DNA from: an uncultured Planctomycetota bacterium
Lineage (GTDB): Bacteria > Planctomycetota > PLA2 > JAEUHO01
Length of the DNA stretch: 64,000 nucleotides
Direction of reading: 5' to 3'
Assembly (NCBI GenBank): GCA_963752285.1
Contig: CAVVXN010000005.1
Location: 384,001-448,000, forward strand
Within the stretch, counting starts at the first letter, position 1, and the number at the start of each line of letters is the position of its first letter. The notes beneath the pieces were generated by a model. It made no database searches, was not told the DNA's origin, and was given only the letters and a program-made list of their open reading frames with translations. Shown here one piece after another: positions 26,532 to 36,616 of the stretch. Position numbers and translations under genes: made by a program.

Positions 26532-28757
26532 ATGACCCGGTCCCGACTCCTCGCGCTGGCGCCGGTCCTTCCGCCCGCCGTGGCCCTCGCGCTCGTGCTC
26601 GTGGCCTGCGGCGGGGGCGGCGGAGGCCCCGCCGCGATCACCGGGGCGCCCTTCGGCCTCTCCTCCCGGCCCGTCCTCACGGGTCTTCACTTCGCGGACG
26701 GCCTTCCCGACCCGCACCCGCTCGACCGCGAGCAGGCCTTCCCCCTCTTGTCGTTCACGCGTCCCGTGTTCCTCGGCGCCGCGCCCGACGGCTCGCCCTG
26801 GGTCTACGTGATCGAGCAGGATGGACGTATCCGTGTCTTCGACGACGGTGACGACGTCACGAGCGCCGCGGTGTTCCTCGACCTGAGATCGAAGGTGGAC
26901 CGCGGTGGGAACGAGCAGGGGATGCTCGGACTCGCGTTCGACCCGTCGTTCGGTCCGGGAGGAAGCAGCTCGTTCTGGGTGTACTACTCCGCCCCGAACC
27001 CGCAGCGACAGGTCCTCTCGCGGTTCACCGCGACGTTCCCGCCGTCGGGCCCGCCGGTGGGGGACGCCACGAGCGAGCACGTCGTCCTCCAGGTCGCCGA
27101 GCCGTACACGAACCACAACGGCGGCACGATCGTCTTCGGCCCCGACGACATGCTCTACCTCGGGCTCGGCGACGGCGGCAGCGCGAACGACCCCCAGGAC
27201 CACGCACAGGACCTCTCGAGCCCCCTCGGCAAGATCCTCCGGCTCGACGTGCGCGGGCGCACGACGTACGCCGTCCCCTCCGACAACCCGTTCGTCGCGA
27301 CCCCCGGCGCTCTCGGCGAGATCTGGGCTCGTGGCGTGCGGAACCCGTGGCGCTTCTCGTTCGACCCCGACGACGGGACGCTGTGGATGGGCGACGTGGG
27401 GCAGGACGCCCGCGAGGAGATCGGCGTCGTTCGACGCGGAGAGAACCATGGCTGGCCGGTGTACGAGGGCACACGGTCGAACAAGAACCCGGCGGGCCTC
27501 CCCGCCTCGGTGTTCACGGCGCCGGTCCTCGACTATCCCCACGCGACCGGGACGTGTGTGATCGGCGGTCTCGTCGTCCGGGGCGGCACGGTGCCCTCGC
27601 TCGACGGCGCGTACGTGTACGCCGACTACGGTTCGGGGCGCGTCTGGGCGCTCGTGACCGGCGGGGCCGGCGTGGTCTCGAACCGCGAGGTCCAAAACGT
27701 CTCTCAGGTCGTGGACCTGGGCCGCGACGCGGCCGGCTCGCTCTACGCCGTCTCGCTCGATGGCCGGATCTGGCGCCTGTTGGAGCCGTCGGGCGCGCCG
27801 CCGCCCGCGACGACGGTGCCCGCGAAGCTCTCCGAGACCGGGCTCTTCACCGACACGGCGGCCCTCGTCCCGAACGCCGGGCTCGTCGAGTACGGCGTGA
27901 ACGCGCCGTTCTGGAGCGACGGCGCCCTGAAGCGGCGGTGGATCGGCCTGCCCGGCACCACGAGGATCGGCTTCGACCCGGAGGCGCCCTGGACCTTCCC
28001 CGTCGGCACCGTGCTCGTGAAGCACTTCGAGCTCCCCCTCGTCGAGGGGAGCGCCACGCCGACGCGACGACTCGAGACGCGCGTGCTGATCGAGGAGACG
28101 AGCGGATGGCACGGCTACGTGTACCGCTGGAACGACCAGCAGACCGACGCCGACCTCCTGGCCGGCGGAGAGACGGCGTCGTTCGACGTCCAGGACGCAT
28201 CCGCACCCGGTGGCGTCCGCATCGTCGCGTGGGACTTCCCCTCCCGGACCGACTGCTTCCGCTGCCACACCGACGCGGCGGGCGTGGTGCTCGGGCTCCA
28301 CACGCGCGAGCTGAACCGTCGCTTCGCCCTGCGCGACGCAGACGACAACCAGCTCCGGGCGTGGAACCACGTCGGCCTCTTCGACCGGGACGTGGGGGAT
28401 CCCGCGACCTACGGCGCGTTCCCCGACCCCGTGGACGACCAGGCGCCACTCGTGGACCGCGCGCGCGCATACCTGCACGTGAACTGTGCGCCGTGTCACC
28501 GTCCCGGCGGTCCCGCGCCGGGCGACCTCGACCTGCGCGCCGAGGTGGACGAGTCGGCCATGGGCGTGGTGGACGTCCCTCCGACGGAGGGCGACCTGGG
28601 GATTCCCGACGCCCGGCGCGTGGCGCGCGGCGACCGGAGTCGCAGTGTCCTCTTCGTGCGCATGACCCGCACGGACGACACCCGCATGCCGCCCCTCTCC
28701 AGCCACCGTGTGGACGAACGGGGATCCGCGACGGTGGGAGACTGGATCGAGCGGTAG
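26532..28757 (+). CDS. Lipoprotein: PQQ-dependent sugar (glucose/sorbosone) dehydrogenase-family propeller fused to a diheme cytochrome c domain
   Basis: Lipobox LVAC; NHNGG, GDGG, GKILR, G.RNPWR, GDVGQ; C-terminal FWSDGALKRRW, CFRCH and CAPCH heme motifs, MPPL. Confidence 0.88.
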   Translation: MTRSRLLALAPVLPPAVALALVLVACGGGGGGPAAITGAPFGLSSRPVLTGLHFADGLPDPHPLDREQAFPLLSFTRPVFLGAAPDGSPWVYVIEQDGRIRVFDDGDDVTSAAVFLDLRSKVDRGGNEQGMLGLAFDPSFGPGGSSSFWVYYSAPNPQRQVLSRFTATFPPSGPPVGDATSEHVVLQVAEPYTNHNGGTIVFGPDDMLYLGLGDGGSANDPQDHAQDLSSPLGKILRLDVRGRTTYAVPSDNPFVATPGALGEIWARGVRNPWRFSFDPDDGTLWMGDVGQDAREEIGVVRRGENHGWPVYEGTRSNKNPAGLPASVFTAPVLDYPHATGTCVIGGLVVRGGTVPSLDGAYVYADYGSGRVWALVTGGAGVVSNREVQNVSQVVDLGRDAAGSLYAVSLDGRIWRLLEPSGAPPPATTVPAKLSETGLFTDTAALVPNAGLVEYGVNAPFWSDGALKRRWIGLPGTTRIGFDPEAPWTFPVGTVLVKHFELPLVEGSATPTRRLETRVLIEETSGWHGYVYRWNDQQTDADLLAGGETASFDVQDASAPGGVRIVAWDFPSRTDCFRCHTDAAGVVLGLHTRELNRRFALRDADDNQLRAWNHVGLFDRDVGDPATYGAFPDPVDDQAPLVDRARAYLHVNCAPCHRPGGPAPGDLDLRAEVDESAMGVVDVPPTEGDLGIPDARRVARGDRSRSVLFVRMTRTDDTRMPPLSSHRVDERGSATVGDWIER

Positions 28758-28842
28758 ACGATCCCAACGGAACGTGAACCCTCGGACCCCGGCCCGGCCC
28801 GGAGCGTGTCGGGACGGATAGACTTCGCACGGGGTTCGTCCG

Positions 28843-29817
28843 ATGGAGCACGCCGGGATCCGCTACGACCGACCGCCCCCGCTCCCTCCGCGCGAGGCGG
28901 GCGGCGGCGGCTCCGCGCTCGTGGCACTCCTGCTGGCCGGGGTCCTGCTCCTCGTGCCCCTCCCCGAGATGGGGCGGGTCGCCGGCGCGCTCCAGAACCT
29001 CGCGCACGTCCCGCTCGGCGCCGCCCTCGCGTGGGCGATCCGACCGTCGCTCGCGCGCGCTCTCGGCGCCCGGGGCCTCGTCGGCGCGCTCCTCGCTCTC
29101 CTCCTCACCTCGGCGGCCCTCCTCCTCTTCGAGGTCGTGCAGCCGTTGACCGGTCGCACGTTCGCGTGGACGGACTGGGAAACGGGCTCCCTCGGCGCGG
29201 CGGGCGCGATGGCCTTCGGGCGCGGCCAGGCGCTCGGTCGCGGGGCCGGGCTCCTCGGCGGCGCGCTCGGCCTCGCGCTCCTCGCCGTCGGCGCCCACGA
29301 CCCCGCGCTCGAGCTCGTGGACGCCTGGCGTCAGGCCCGCGACCTCCCGCTCCTCGCGACGTTCGAGAGCAGCCTCGAGATCCGCAGGTTCGGCTTCCAG
29401 GGCGCGCGAGGAGAGATCGTCGCGAACGGCGCCGCGGGCGACACGCACGCGTTGCGCGTGGACTTCGCACCGGGGCCGTGGCCGTCCGTGACGCTCGCGT
29501 CGCCGCCGCCGGACTGGCGCGGCTGGAGCGCGCTCGCCTTCGACGTGCACGTGGACGGAGGCGGGACGCTCGCCCTCACCGTCAAGGTGGTGGACCGCGA
29601 CCACGACGGGACGTACGAGGACCGCTTCCAGAAGACGATCACCTTGACGGCCGGCGACCACCACGTGGAGATCCCCGTCGGCGAGATCGCGGAGGGTCCC
29701 GTGCACCGGCACCTCGACCTGGCGCGGATCGACGCCGTGCAGTGGTTCGTGGAAGGCCTCGCGCAGCCGCGGACGATCCTGCTCGACTCGATCCGCCTCG
29801 TCCACGCCCCCAAGTGA
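28843..29817 (+). CDS. Membrane protein with VanZ-like TM region and C-terminal carbohydrate-binding-like (jelly-roll) domain
   Basis: NLAHVPL, FEVVQPLTGR..D; C-terminal DWRGWSALAFDV...ILLDSIRL. Confidence 0.65.
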   Translation: MEHAGIRYDRPPPLPPREAGGGGSALVALLLAGVLLLVPLPEMGRVAGALQNLAHVPLGAALAWAIRPSLARALGARGLVGALLALLLTSAALLLFEVVQPLTGRTFAWTDWETGSLGAAGAMAFGRGQALGRGAGLLGGALGLALLAVGAHDPALELVDAWRQARDLPLLATFESSLEIRRFGFQGARGEIVANGAAGDTHALRVDFAPGPWPSVTLASPPPDWRGWSALAFDVHVDGGGTLALTVKVVDRDHDGTYEDRFQKTITLTAGDHHVEIPVGEIAEGPVHRHLDLARIDAVQWFVEGLAQPRTILLDSIRLVHAPK

Positions 29818-29902
29818 GAGCCGCCTTCCCGGCGCGCCGCGTCCGCGGGGGCTCGCGTCGGCCGTTCGGCTATGCTCTGGCCGCGGTGGCAGGAGGTGAA
29901 CG

Positions 29903-30463
29903 ATGGTCGAGCTCGGCGATCTCTGGGTGCCGATCGTGGTCTCCGGCGTGCTCGTCTTCGTCGTGAGCAGCCTGCTCCACATGCTGATCCCGCTGCACAA
30001 GGGCGACTACGACCGGCTGCCCGACGAGGACCGCGTACTCGCGTCCCTGCGCGATCACGGCGTCGGGCCCGGACAGTACATGTTCCCGCGGCCTTCCTCG
30101 ATGGCGGACCTCAAGACGCCGGAGATGGCCGAGAAGTGGCGCGTCGGCCCGGTGGGAACGCTGATCGTCCGACCCCGTGGCGGCCCGGCGATGGGCCGCG
30201 CGCTCGCGGCGTGGTTCCTGTACACGCTCTGCGTCGGGTTCCTGGTCGCGTACCTCGCCACGATCTCGGTCCCGAGGACGGTCGAGACCTCGTTCGTCTA
30301 CCGCTTCGTCGGGACGGCGGCATTCCTCGGGTACGCGGTCGGGCCGGTGGTGGACTCGATCTGGAAGGGCGTGCGCTGGGGCACGTCGGCGAAGTTCGTG
30401 TTCGACGGCGCCGTCTACGCGGTCGTCACGGCGTTCGCGTTCGGCTGGCTCTGGCCGACCTAG
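29903..30463 (+). CDS. Conserved hypothetical membrane protein
   Basis: GGAGG RBS, TATGCT -10 upstream, 4 TMs, PGQYMFP motif. Confidence 0.75.
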   Translation: MVELGDLWVPIVVSGVLVFVVSSLLHMLIPLHKGDYDRLPDEDRVLASLRDHGVGPGQYMFPRPSSMADLKTPEMAEKWRVGPVGTLIVRPRGGPAMGRALAAWFLYTLCVGFLVAYLATISVPRTVETSFVYRFVGTAAFLGYAVGPVVDSIWKGVRWGTSAKFVFDGAVYAVVTAFAFGWLWPT

Positions 30464-30736
30464 CGTGCACAACCCACGAACCTTCGTGAATCACGCGGCC
30501 CTGCGCACGCCAGAACCCCGATGGCGGCGTTGTTCGTCGTCGGCGACCCCCAAGTCACAAACATGGACGGGGGGGGTCGCCTCCTCCTCACGCCTTGCCC
30601 TCGGGGCCCTGGCGCACGCAGGAGACCCTGTCGGCGAAGGCGTGATCGCCCAGCGGTCGCAACTCGAGCCTCCACCGACGCTTCCGTCGAACACGTCGCG
30701 TGCTTCATGGGTCATGCGGACCCGGGCCCCGGGCGC

Positions 30737-31906
30737 TCAGGCGCGCCGCGCGCGGTCCACCGCGAAGAGCTCCATCACGTTCTCCCACGTCAGGAGCCCG
30801 ACGGTCCGTCCGTCCTCCACCACGGGGACGGCGCGGCTCCCGCGGTCGCCCGCCATGCGCTGTACCCACGGTTCGAGCTCGTCGGCGGGGTGCGCCACGC
30901 GCTCCACGGGGACGGCGGCGTCCCGGGCCGGCGCGAGCCGGCCTCGCTCGGCGAGCGCCTGGATCAGCGCCTCCTGCGTGAGCAGTCCGACGTGCGTCCC
31001 GTCCGTCGCGACGGGGAACACCTTCTGCTCCCCCCGCAGGAGGTGCTCCACCGCGTCGCCGACCGTCGCGTCCGTCCCGAGGATGACGAACTCCGTGACC
31101 ATCGCGTCGGCCACGTGATGGCCGCGCGCGAGGTCCCGCAGGGTCTGGAGCGAGGCCTCGCCCTGGGCGCCCAGGAAGAGGAACACCGCGATCAGCACGA
31201 GGATCAAGTTTCCGCCGAACACGCCGAACGCTCCGAGCACGATCGCGAACATCTGGCCGATCCGGGCTGCGATCTCGGTCGCCCGGCTCCGGCCGAGCCG
31301 GAGGGCCAGCCCGGCCCGGAGCGCGCGACCCCCGTCCATCGGGAAGGCGGGCAGGAGGTTGAACGCCGCGAGAACGAGGTTCGCGACCGCGAGCCACTCG
31401 AGGAAGCCCCCGCGGCCGCTCGCCACGGCGGTCCAGTCGATGCTCCGACCCGCCGCCACGAGCGCGAGCCAGATGCCGCCGCCGATCAGGAGGCTCACCA
31501 CCGGTCCGGCGAGCGCGATCCAGAGCTCCTGGCTCGCCTCGCCCATCGAACGGAGCCGGCTGATGCCGCCGATGGGGTAGAGCGTGATGCTCTGCGTCGG
31601 GATCCCAAATCTGCGGGCGACGAGGACGTGCCCCAGCTCGTGCAGGACGACGCAGAAGAAGACGCTCGAGACGAGCCCGACCTGCATCCCCGGGCTGTGG
31701 CCGGTCGAGCTGGCGGCCCACCACACCCACAGGAGGAACAGCCAGAACGTCGCGTGGATCCGGATCGGCACGCCGCCGACGCGCGCGACCTCGAACGACC
31801 AGGCGTGCCGGGGCCGCGCCGCCGGACCGCCCGGGGCTCGGACGTCGGGTCCGTCGCCGTTCGCAGGACCGTCGGGAGTCATGGCCGCATCGTCCGCACT
31901 CCGCAC
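30737..31906 (-). CDS. Site-2 protease (M50 zinc metalloprotease) with C-terminal CBS pair
   Basis: HELGH, IALAGP, FNLLPAFPMDGGR and two CBS repeats; start may be ATG 31882. Confidence 0.92.
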   Translation of the reverse strand: MRSADDAAMTPDGPANGDGPDVRAPGGPAARPRHAWSFEVARVGGVPIRIHATFWLFLLWVWWAASSTGHSPGMQVGLVSSVFFCVVLHELGHVLVARRFGIPTQSITLYPIGGISRLRSMGEASQELWIALAGPVVSLLIGGGIWLALVAAGRSIDWTAVASGRGGFLEWLAVANLVLAAFNLLPAFPMDGGRALRAGLALRLGRSRATEIAARIGQMFAIVLGAFGVFGGNLILVLIAVFLFLGAQGEASLQTLRDLARGHHVADAMVTEFVILGTDATVGDAVEHLLRGEQKVFPVATDGTHVGLLTQEALIQALAERGRLAPARDAAVPVERVAHPADELEPWVQRMAGDRGSRAVPVVEDGRTVGLLTWENVMELFAVDRARRA

Positions 31907-31948
31907 TCCGCGTGCCGGCGGGAGGGGCGGGTGGCCCCCGCGCCGTTC

Positions 31949-32974
31949 TCAGCCCTGCGGGGAGCCCGCCCCGAGCCGCTTCTCGATCTCCTTCACCCGT
32001 CGGAAGAGGTCGGGCAGCCGCGTCCTGAGGACCACCCACTGCCGATAGGACTTGAGGTCCACCGCGGGCGTGCCGCCGTACATGCCGGGCTTCTGGATGC
32101 CGCCCGCCGCGCCGGACTGCGCGACCAGGACCACGTCGTCCCCGATGCGACAGTGCCCCGGAACGCCGACCTGACCGGCCAGCACCGTGCGGTTCCCGAT
32201 CTCGGTGCTGCCCGCGAGACCCGTCTGGCCGCAGAGCAACGTGTCCTCGCCGATGTGGCAGCCGTGGCCGACCTGCACCAGGTTGTCGATCTTCGTCCCG
32301 CGACCGATGGTCGTGGCTCCGACGGTCGCGCGATCCACGCAGGCGTTGGCCTGGATCTCTACCGCGTCCCCGAGCTCGACGCCTCCGGTCTGGGGGATCT
32401 TGTGCCACGAGCGGTCCTTCTCCGGCGCGAAGCCGAAGCCGTCCGCGCCGACGACCGCGCCGTTCTGGAGGATGACGCCCGCGCCGAGGCGCACGTGCTC
32501 GCGCACGACCGCGAACGAATGCAGGACCGAGCCGGGACCGATCACCGCGCCCTCGTAGACGACGACGTGCGGGTGGATCACGACGCCGTCGCCCACGCGG
32601 ACGCCGTCGCCGATCACGACGTAGGGTCCGATGCAGACGTCGTCGCCGAGAACGACGCCTTCGCCGAGTACCGCCGTCGCGTGGACGCCGTGGGTCACCT
32701 CCGGTGGACGATGCAGGGTCTCGAGCAGGAGCGCGAACGAGAGGTAGGGGTTGTCCACGCGAAGCAGGGCGGGCGGGACCTCCTCGCTGAACGAGCGTTC
32801 GACGAGCGCCGCGCCGGCCCGGGAGGTCCGGAGTGCAGCCGTGTACCTCGGGTTCGCGAGGAACGTGACGTCGGCGGGGCCGGCGTCGGCGATCGTGGCG
32901 GCGCCGGAGATCTCGAAATCGACGTCGGGATCGACGTCCGCCTGCACCATCCGCGCCAGCTCCTGGATCCTCAT
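31949..32974 (-). CDS. lpxD: UDP-3-O-(3-hydroxyacyl)glucosamine N-acyltransferase
   Basis: TFLANPRY, hexapeptide repeats, GADGFGF, KIPQTG.V, DRAT, KIDNLVQVGH. Confidence 0.95.
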   Translation of the reverse strand: MRIQELARMVQADVDPDVDFEISGAATIADAGPADVTFLANPRYTAALRTSRAGAALVERSFSEEVPPALLRVDNPYLSFALLLETLHRPPEVTHGVHATAVLGEGVVLGDDVCIGPYVVIGDGVRVGDGVVIHPHVVVYEGAVIGPGSVLHSFAVVREHVRLGAGVILQNGAVVGADGFGFAPEKDRSWHKIPQTGGVELGDAVEIQANACVDRATVGATTIGRGTKIDNLVQVGHGCHIGEDTLLCGQTGLAGSTEIGNRTVLAGQVGVPGHCRIGDDVVLVAQSGAAGGIQKPGMYGGTPAVDLKSYRQWVVLRTRLPDLFRRVKEIEKRLGAGSPQG

Positions 32975-33096
32975 CTCGGTCTCCGTCCTCCTCGTCCGTC
33001 GCCGCCGAGGACCGCGCATCCTACCCGTTCCGTCACGGCACGGAACACGCGGAGGCGCGGCGCCCTGCTACCCTCGCGCGGTCCCCGGAGGCCACC

Positions 33097-33702
33097 TTGC
33101 CGGACGCGCCCGAACCTGCGACTGCGCCCGCCGACCGCCCCCCGCGAGGTCGCGAGCTCCTGAGGCCCGCGGCGTGGTTCTACGGCGTGGTCGTGCTGTT
33201 CGCCGTGGGCCTCGGCCTCTTCGGGACGGGCGTCCATTCGATGAGCCCGCGGTCGCCGACGTTGCCCGGTGTGCTCGGTGGCGCCGGCATCGCGATCGCG
33301 CTGGTCGTCCTGTTCCGCGTCCTCGCGGGCGCCTGGAAACCGATGGCGCGGACGGTGGACGCGATCGTGGACTGGATCGGCCCGATCGGGTGGCCCGCGG
33401 CGCTGTGGCTCGCGCTGATCTCGGGGAGCGCGGAGGAGGTCCTCTTCCGCGGCGCGCTCTGGCCTCACCTCGGGCTCGCCGGCACGACGCTCCTCTTCGG
33501 CCTCGTGCACGTGATCCCCCGGCGCGCGTTCTGGACGTACCCGCTCTTCGCGCTCCTGGCGGGTCTCCTCTTCGGTCTGCTCCGCGAGGGGACCGGCAGC
33601 GTGTGGCCCCCCGCTCTCGCCCACGCGGTCCTGAACGGAGTGAACCTCGTGTGGATCGGGCGGCGCGCACGACGCCGGACGCGCGCGGGTGCCGAGGCGT
33701 GA
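33097..33702 (+). CDS. CPBP (CAAX/Abi) intramembrane glutamic endopeptidase
   Basis: EEVLFRG, FGLVH and AHAVLN motifs; TMs. Confidence 0.88.
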   Translation: MPDAPEPATAPADRPPRGRELLRPAAWFYGVVVLFAVGLGLFGTGVHSMSPRSPTLPGVLGGAGIAIALVVLFRVLAGAWKPMARTVDAIVDWIGPIGWPAALWLALISGSAEEVLFRGALWPHLGLAGTTLLFGLVHVIPRRAFWTYPLFALLAGLLFGLLREGTGSVWPPALAHAVLNGVNLVWIGRRARRRTRAGAEA

Positions 33703-35144
33703 GACCGGCGCCCAAGCCGACGCTCGCCGACCATCTCGCCGTCGCCCTGCTTCTCGGGCGCACGCTGCTCGGCGCCCTCCCGTTCATGGCGTGGATCCTC
33801 GGCTCTCCCATCGTGCAGCCGCTCGCGAGGCGCCGGATCCGGCGGCGGCTCGCCGCGCCTCCCGGCCCCGTGCCCGAGCCGCCGGCGCCCGACCCCTCCG
33901 CGTGGGCCGGACGGACCATCTTCGTCTCGGCCGGCGAGCGGTCGGGCGACCTCCTCGCGGCCCGCGTCGTCCGCGCGATTCGCGCGCGTTGCCCCGACGT
34001 CGAGGTGCGTGGATACGGCGGCGAGGCGCTTCGGGAGGCGGGCGCCGAGCTCGACGAGGACATCGTCTCGCGCGCCGTGGTGGGGGTATGCGCCGTCGTC
34101 GGGTCGCTCGGGACGTGGTGGCGCCTCCTCGCGCGGACGCGCGCGCGGTTTCGCGCGTCGCCGCCCGACCTCTGCCTGACCGTCGACTTCCCGGGTCTCA
34201 ACGTCCGCATCGCCCGCTGGGCCCGCGCGCGCGGCGTCGCGACGGCGCACCTCGTCCCGCCCGCCCTGTGGGCGTACGGGCCCTGGCGCATCCGCCGCTG
34301 GCGGCGCGCGGTCGATCGTTTCGTGGCGGTGTTCCCGTTCGAGCCCGCGTACTTCGAGGGGGCGGGCATCGAGTGCGTGCGCGCGGGCCACCCGCTCTTC
34401 GAGGCGCCCCTCGCCCCGCCCCGGACGCCCGAGCGCTGGCCGGGATCGGGGCCCTGCGAGATCGAGCTCCTGCCGGGGAGCCGTCGCCAGGAGATCCTCC
34501 GGCACGCGCCCGTGGTCCTCGAGGCGGCCGCGGAGGTCGAGCGGCGCCTCCCGGCGGCGCGTTTCGTGGTCCGGCTCGCGACCGACGCGCACCGCGCGGC
34601 GTTCGAGACGGGCGCACGCCGCGCGCGGCGCACGCCGTCGCACGTGCGGTTCGCCGGGGGGACCCCGTCGGACGCGTCGGGCGAGGCGCCCCTCCTCGGT
34701 GCGATCGCCGCGAGCGGGACCGTGACCGCCGAGCTCGGCGCCGCGCTCGTGCCGCACGCCCTGTTCTACCGCGTGACGCCGCTCGCGCGCGTCGGCGCGT
34801 TCGTCGGCCTGACGGCCCCGTGGATCGGTCTGGTCAACCTCGTCGCGGGAGAGGAGGTCGCGCCCGAGCGCCTGATCGTGCGGCGCTCGGGACGCGCAGT
34901 TGCGCGGGACTTCCTGCGCGTCGCCGCGGACGCCGCGACCTGGTCCCGCACGCGCGAGACGCTCGCGACGAAGGTACGCGCGCGACTCGAGACGGGTGGC
35001 GTCGCGGACCGTGCCGCGCGCGCCGTGCTCGCCACCGCGACCCGCGCGTCTCGTCGTTGCGAATCGATCGCAACTTCTCCCGCGACGCCCGAGGCGGGCG
35101 GGTCGGTCGAGGTTCGAGGCGGGGGATCAGGTCGCGGGGAGTAG
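33699..35144 (+). CDS. lpxB: Lipid-A-disaccharide synthase with N-terminal extension
   Basis: SAGERSGD, VDFPGLN, P.LWA, VFPFE, GHPL, LLPGSRRQEI, ASGTVTAE, IGLVNL; GTG overlaps the CPBP stop. Confidence 0.88.
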   Translation: MRPAPKPTLADHLAVALLLGRTLLGALPFMAWILGSPIVQPLARRRIRRRLAAPPGPVPEPPAPDPSAWAGRTIFVSAGERSGDLLAARVVRAIRARCPDVEVRGYGGEALREAGAELDEDIVSRAVVGVCAVVGSLGTWWRLLARTRARFRASPPDLCLTVDFPGLNVRIARWARARGVATAHLVPPALWAYGPWRIRRWRRAVDRFVAVFPFEPAYFEGAGIECVRAGHPLFEAPLAPPRTPERWPGSGPCEIELLPGSRRQEILRHAPVVLEAAAEVERRLPAARFVVRLATDAHRAAFETGARRARRTPSHVRFAGGTPSDASGEAPLLGAIAASGTVTAELGAALVPHALFYRVTPLARVGAFVGLTAPWIGLVNLVAGEEVAPERLIVRRSGRAVARDFLRVAADAATWSRTRETLATKVRARLETGGVADRAARAVLATATRASRRCESIATSPATPEAGGSVEVRGGGSGRGE

Positions 35145-35194
35145 GATCTCGAAACGGGCGCCCTCACGGGCACGATCTGGGACGCGATCTCCCC

Positions 35195-36550
35195 ATGGGC
35201 GGACTCGCCACCGCGGCGGCCTTGCCGCCCACGCTCTTCTCCGACCGCGTCGGGCTCCTCGGCACGGAGGAGGCGTTCCGCCTGGGTGCGCTCATCGCGG
35301 GGATCGAGGCGGAGCCGCCCGCGCGCCCGGGTCCCGGCGGGCGGGTGATCCGACTGAACCTCGGTCAGCCCGACTTCCCGCTCCCGCGCCACGTCGCGCG
35401 CGCCGTGGACGCCGCCCTCGAACAGGGGCTCACGACGTACTGCGACCCGCAGGGCCTCCCCGATCTCCGACGGGCGATCGCCGACAGCGTCGGACCGCCG
35501 CGCGGGATCGAGATCGACCCCGCGCGCGTCGTGGTCTACCCGGGGGCGCGGTGCCCGATCGGCTTCGCGCAGATGGTCTACCTGCGGCCGGGCGACGATG
35601 TCGTCTATCCGACGCCGTGCTACCCGCTCTTCGAGTCGTTCATCCGCTACCAGGGGGCGGTGCCGGTGCCCGTTCCGCTTCGCGAGGAGACCGGGTTCAC
35701 GCTCACGGGCGCGGACCTCGAGCCGTACCTCACGGCTCGCACGAAGCTCGTCTATCTGAACTTCCCGTCCAACCCGACGGGGGGCGTCGCGTCCACCTCG
35801 GACCTGGCCGAGATCGCCTCGGTGATCGCCCGCCGGGCCCGCCCCGACGTCCGCGTCTACTCGGACGAGTCCTACGAGGCGATCGTCTTCGACGACGTCC
35901 CGCACGCGTCGATCCTCTCCGTGCCCGGGATGAGCGAGCGCACGATCTTCACCTCCGGCGTGTCCAAGACGTACGCCTGGACGGGGGGGCGCGTCGGGTG
36001 GTCGGTCTACCCCACGGTCGAGGAGGCGCTCCTCCACCGCAACCTGAACATCAACTACTTCGCGTCCCTGCCGCCCTACAACCAGATGGGCGCGGTCGAG
36101 GCGCTCCGATCTCCCGAGTCGTCGCCGGTGGTCCGCGCGATGGTGAACGCGTTCCAGCGACGCCGCGACCTGACCGTCGCGGGCCTCCGCGCGATCGACG
36201 GCGTCTCGTGCCAGGTGCCGAAGGGCGCCTTCTACGTCTTCCCCAACGTGAGCGGCGTTCTCGATCGCCTCGGCGCCGTCGAGGCGCACGAAGGTCTCCC
36301 CGACTGGCTGCGTACGCGCACGAGCCCCGCGACGCTCCTGCAGCTCTTCCTCCTCTACCACTACCGGGTCGCCACCATGGACCGGCGGTCGTTCGGGCTC
36401 CTCGGGAGCGAGGGCCAGCACTTCCTCCGCGTGTCGATCGCCGCGGCCGACGCCGACCTCGAGGAGGCGCTCGACCGGATGGAACGCGCGTCGTACGACG
36501 TCGAGGGGTTCGACTCGTTCCTCGGGTCCGGACGGTCGCTCACGCTCTGA
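35195..36550 (+). CDS. Class I/II PLP-dependent aminotransferase (aspartate aminotransferase-like)
   Basis: LNLGQPDF, NFPSNPTG, SDESY, SKTYAWTGGRVG, PKGAFYVFP. Confidence 0.92.
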   Translation: MGGLATAAALPPTLFSDRVGLLGTEEAFRLGALIAGIEAEPPARPGPGGRVIRLNLGQPDFPLPRHVARAVDAALEQGLTTYCDPQGLPDLRRAIADSVGPPRGIEIDPARVVVYPGARCPIGFAQMVYLRPGDDVVYPTPCYPLFESFIRYQGAVPVPVPLREETGFTLTGADLEPYLTARTKLVYLNFPSNPTGGVASTSDLAEIASVIARRARPDVRVYSDESYEAIVFDDVPHASILSVPGMSERTIFTSGVSKTYAWTGGRVGWSVYPTVEEALLHRNLNINYFASLPPYNQMGAVEALRSPESSPVVRAMVNAFQRRRDLTVAGLRAIDGVSCQVPKGAFYVFPNVSGVLDRLGAVEAHEGLPDWLRTRTSPATLLQLFLLYHYRVATMDRRSFGLLGSEGQHFLRVSIAAADADLEEALDRMERASYDVEGFDSFLGSGRSLTL

Positions 36551-36616
36551 GGGGCCCCGCGCGGGACCCGCCTACCGTCCGTCGCCCCTGCCGTCCCGCC
36601 TGCGACTGGAGCCGAC

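Noticed and set aside
30460..30715. Short ORFs 30460..30708 and 30491..30715 as genes or transposase fragments
   Set aside because: No RBS, atypical codon usage and no recognisable motif.
35070..35170. GGTTCGA and a CCCGCGAC/GTCGCGGG stem in the lpxB 3' tail, suggesting a tRNA or att remnant
   Set aside because: No cloverleaf, no proper T-arm stem and no CCA end; probably a chance hairpin in a low-complexity tail.
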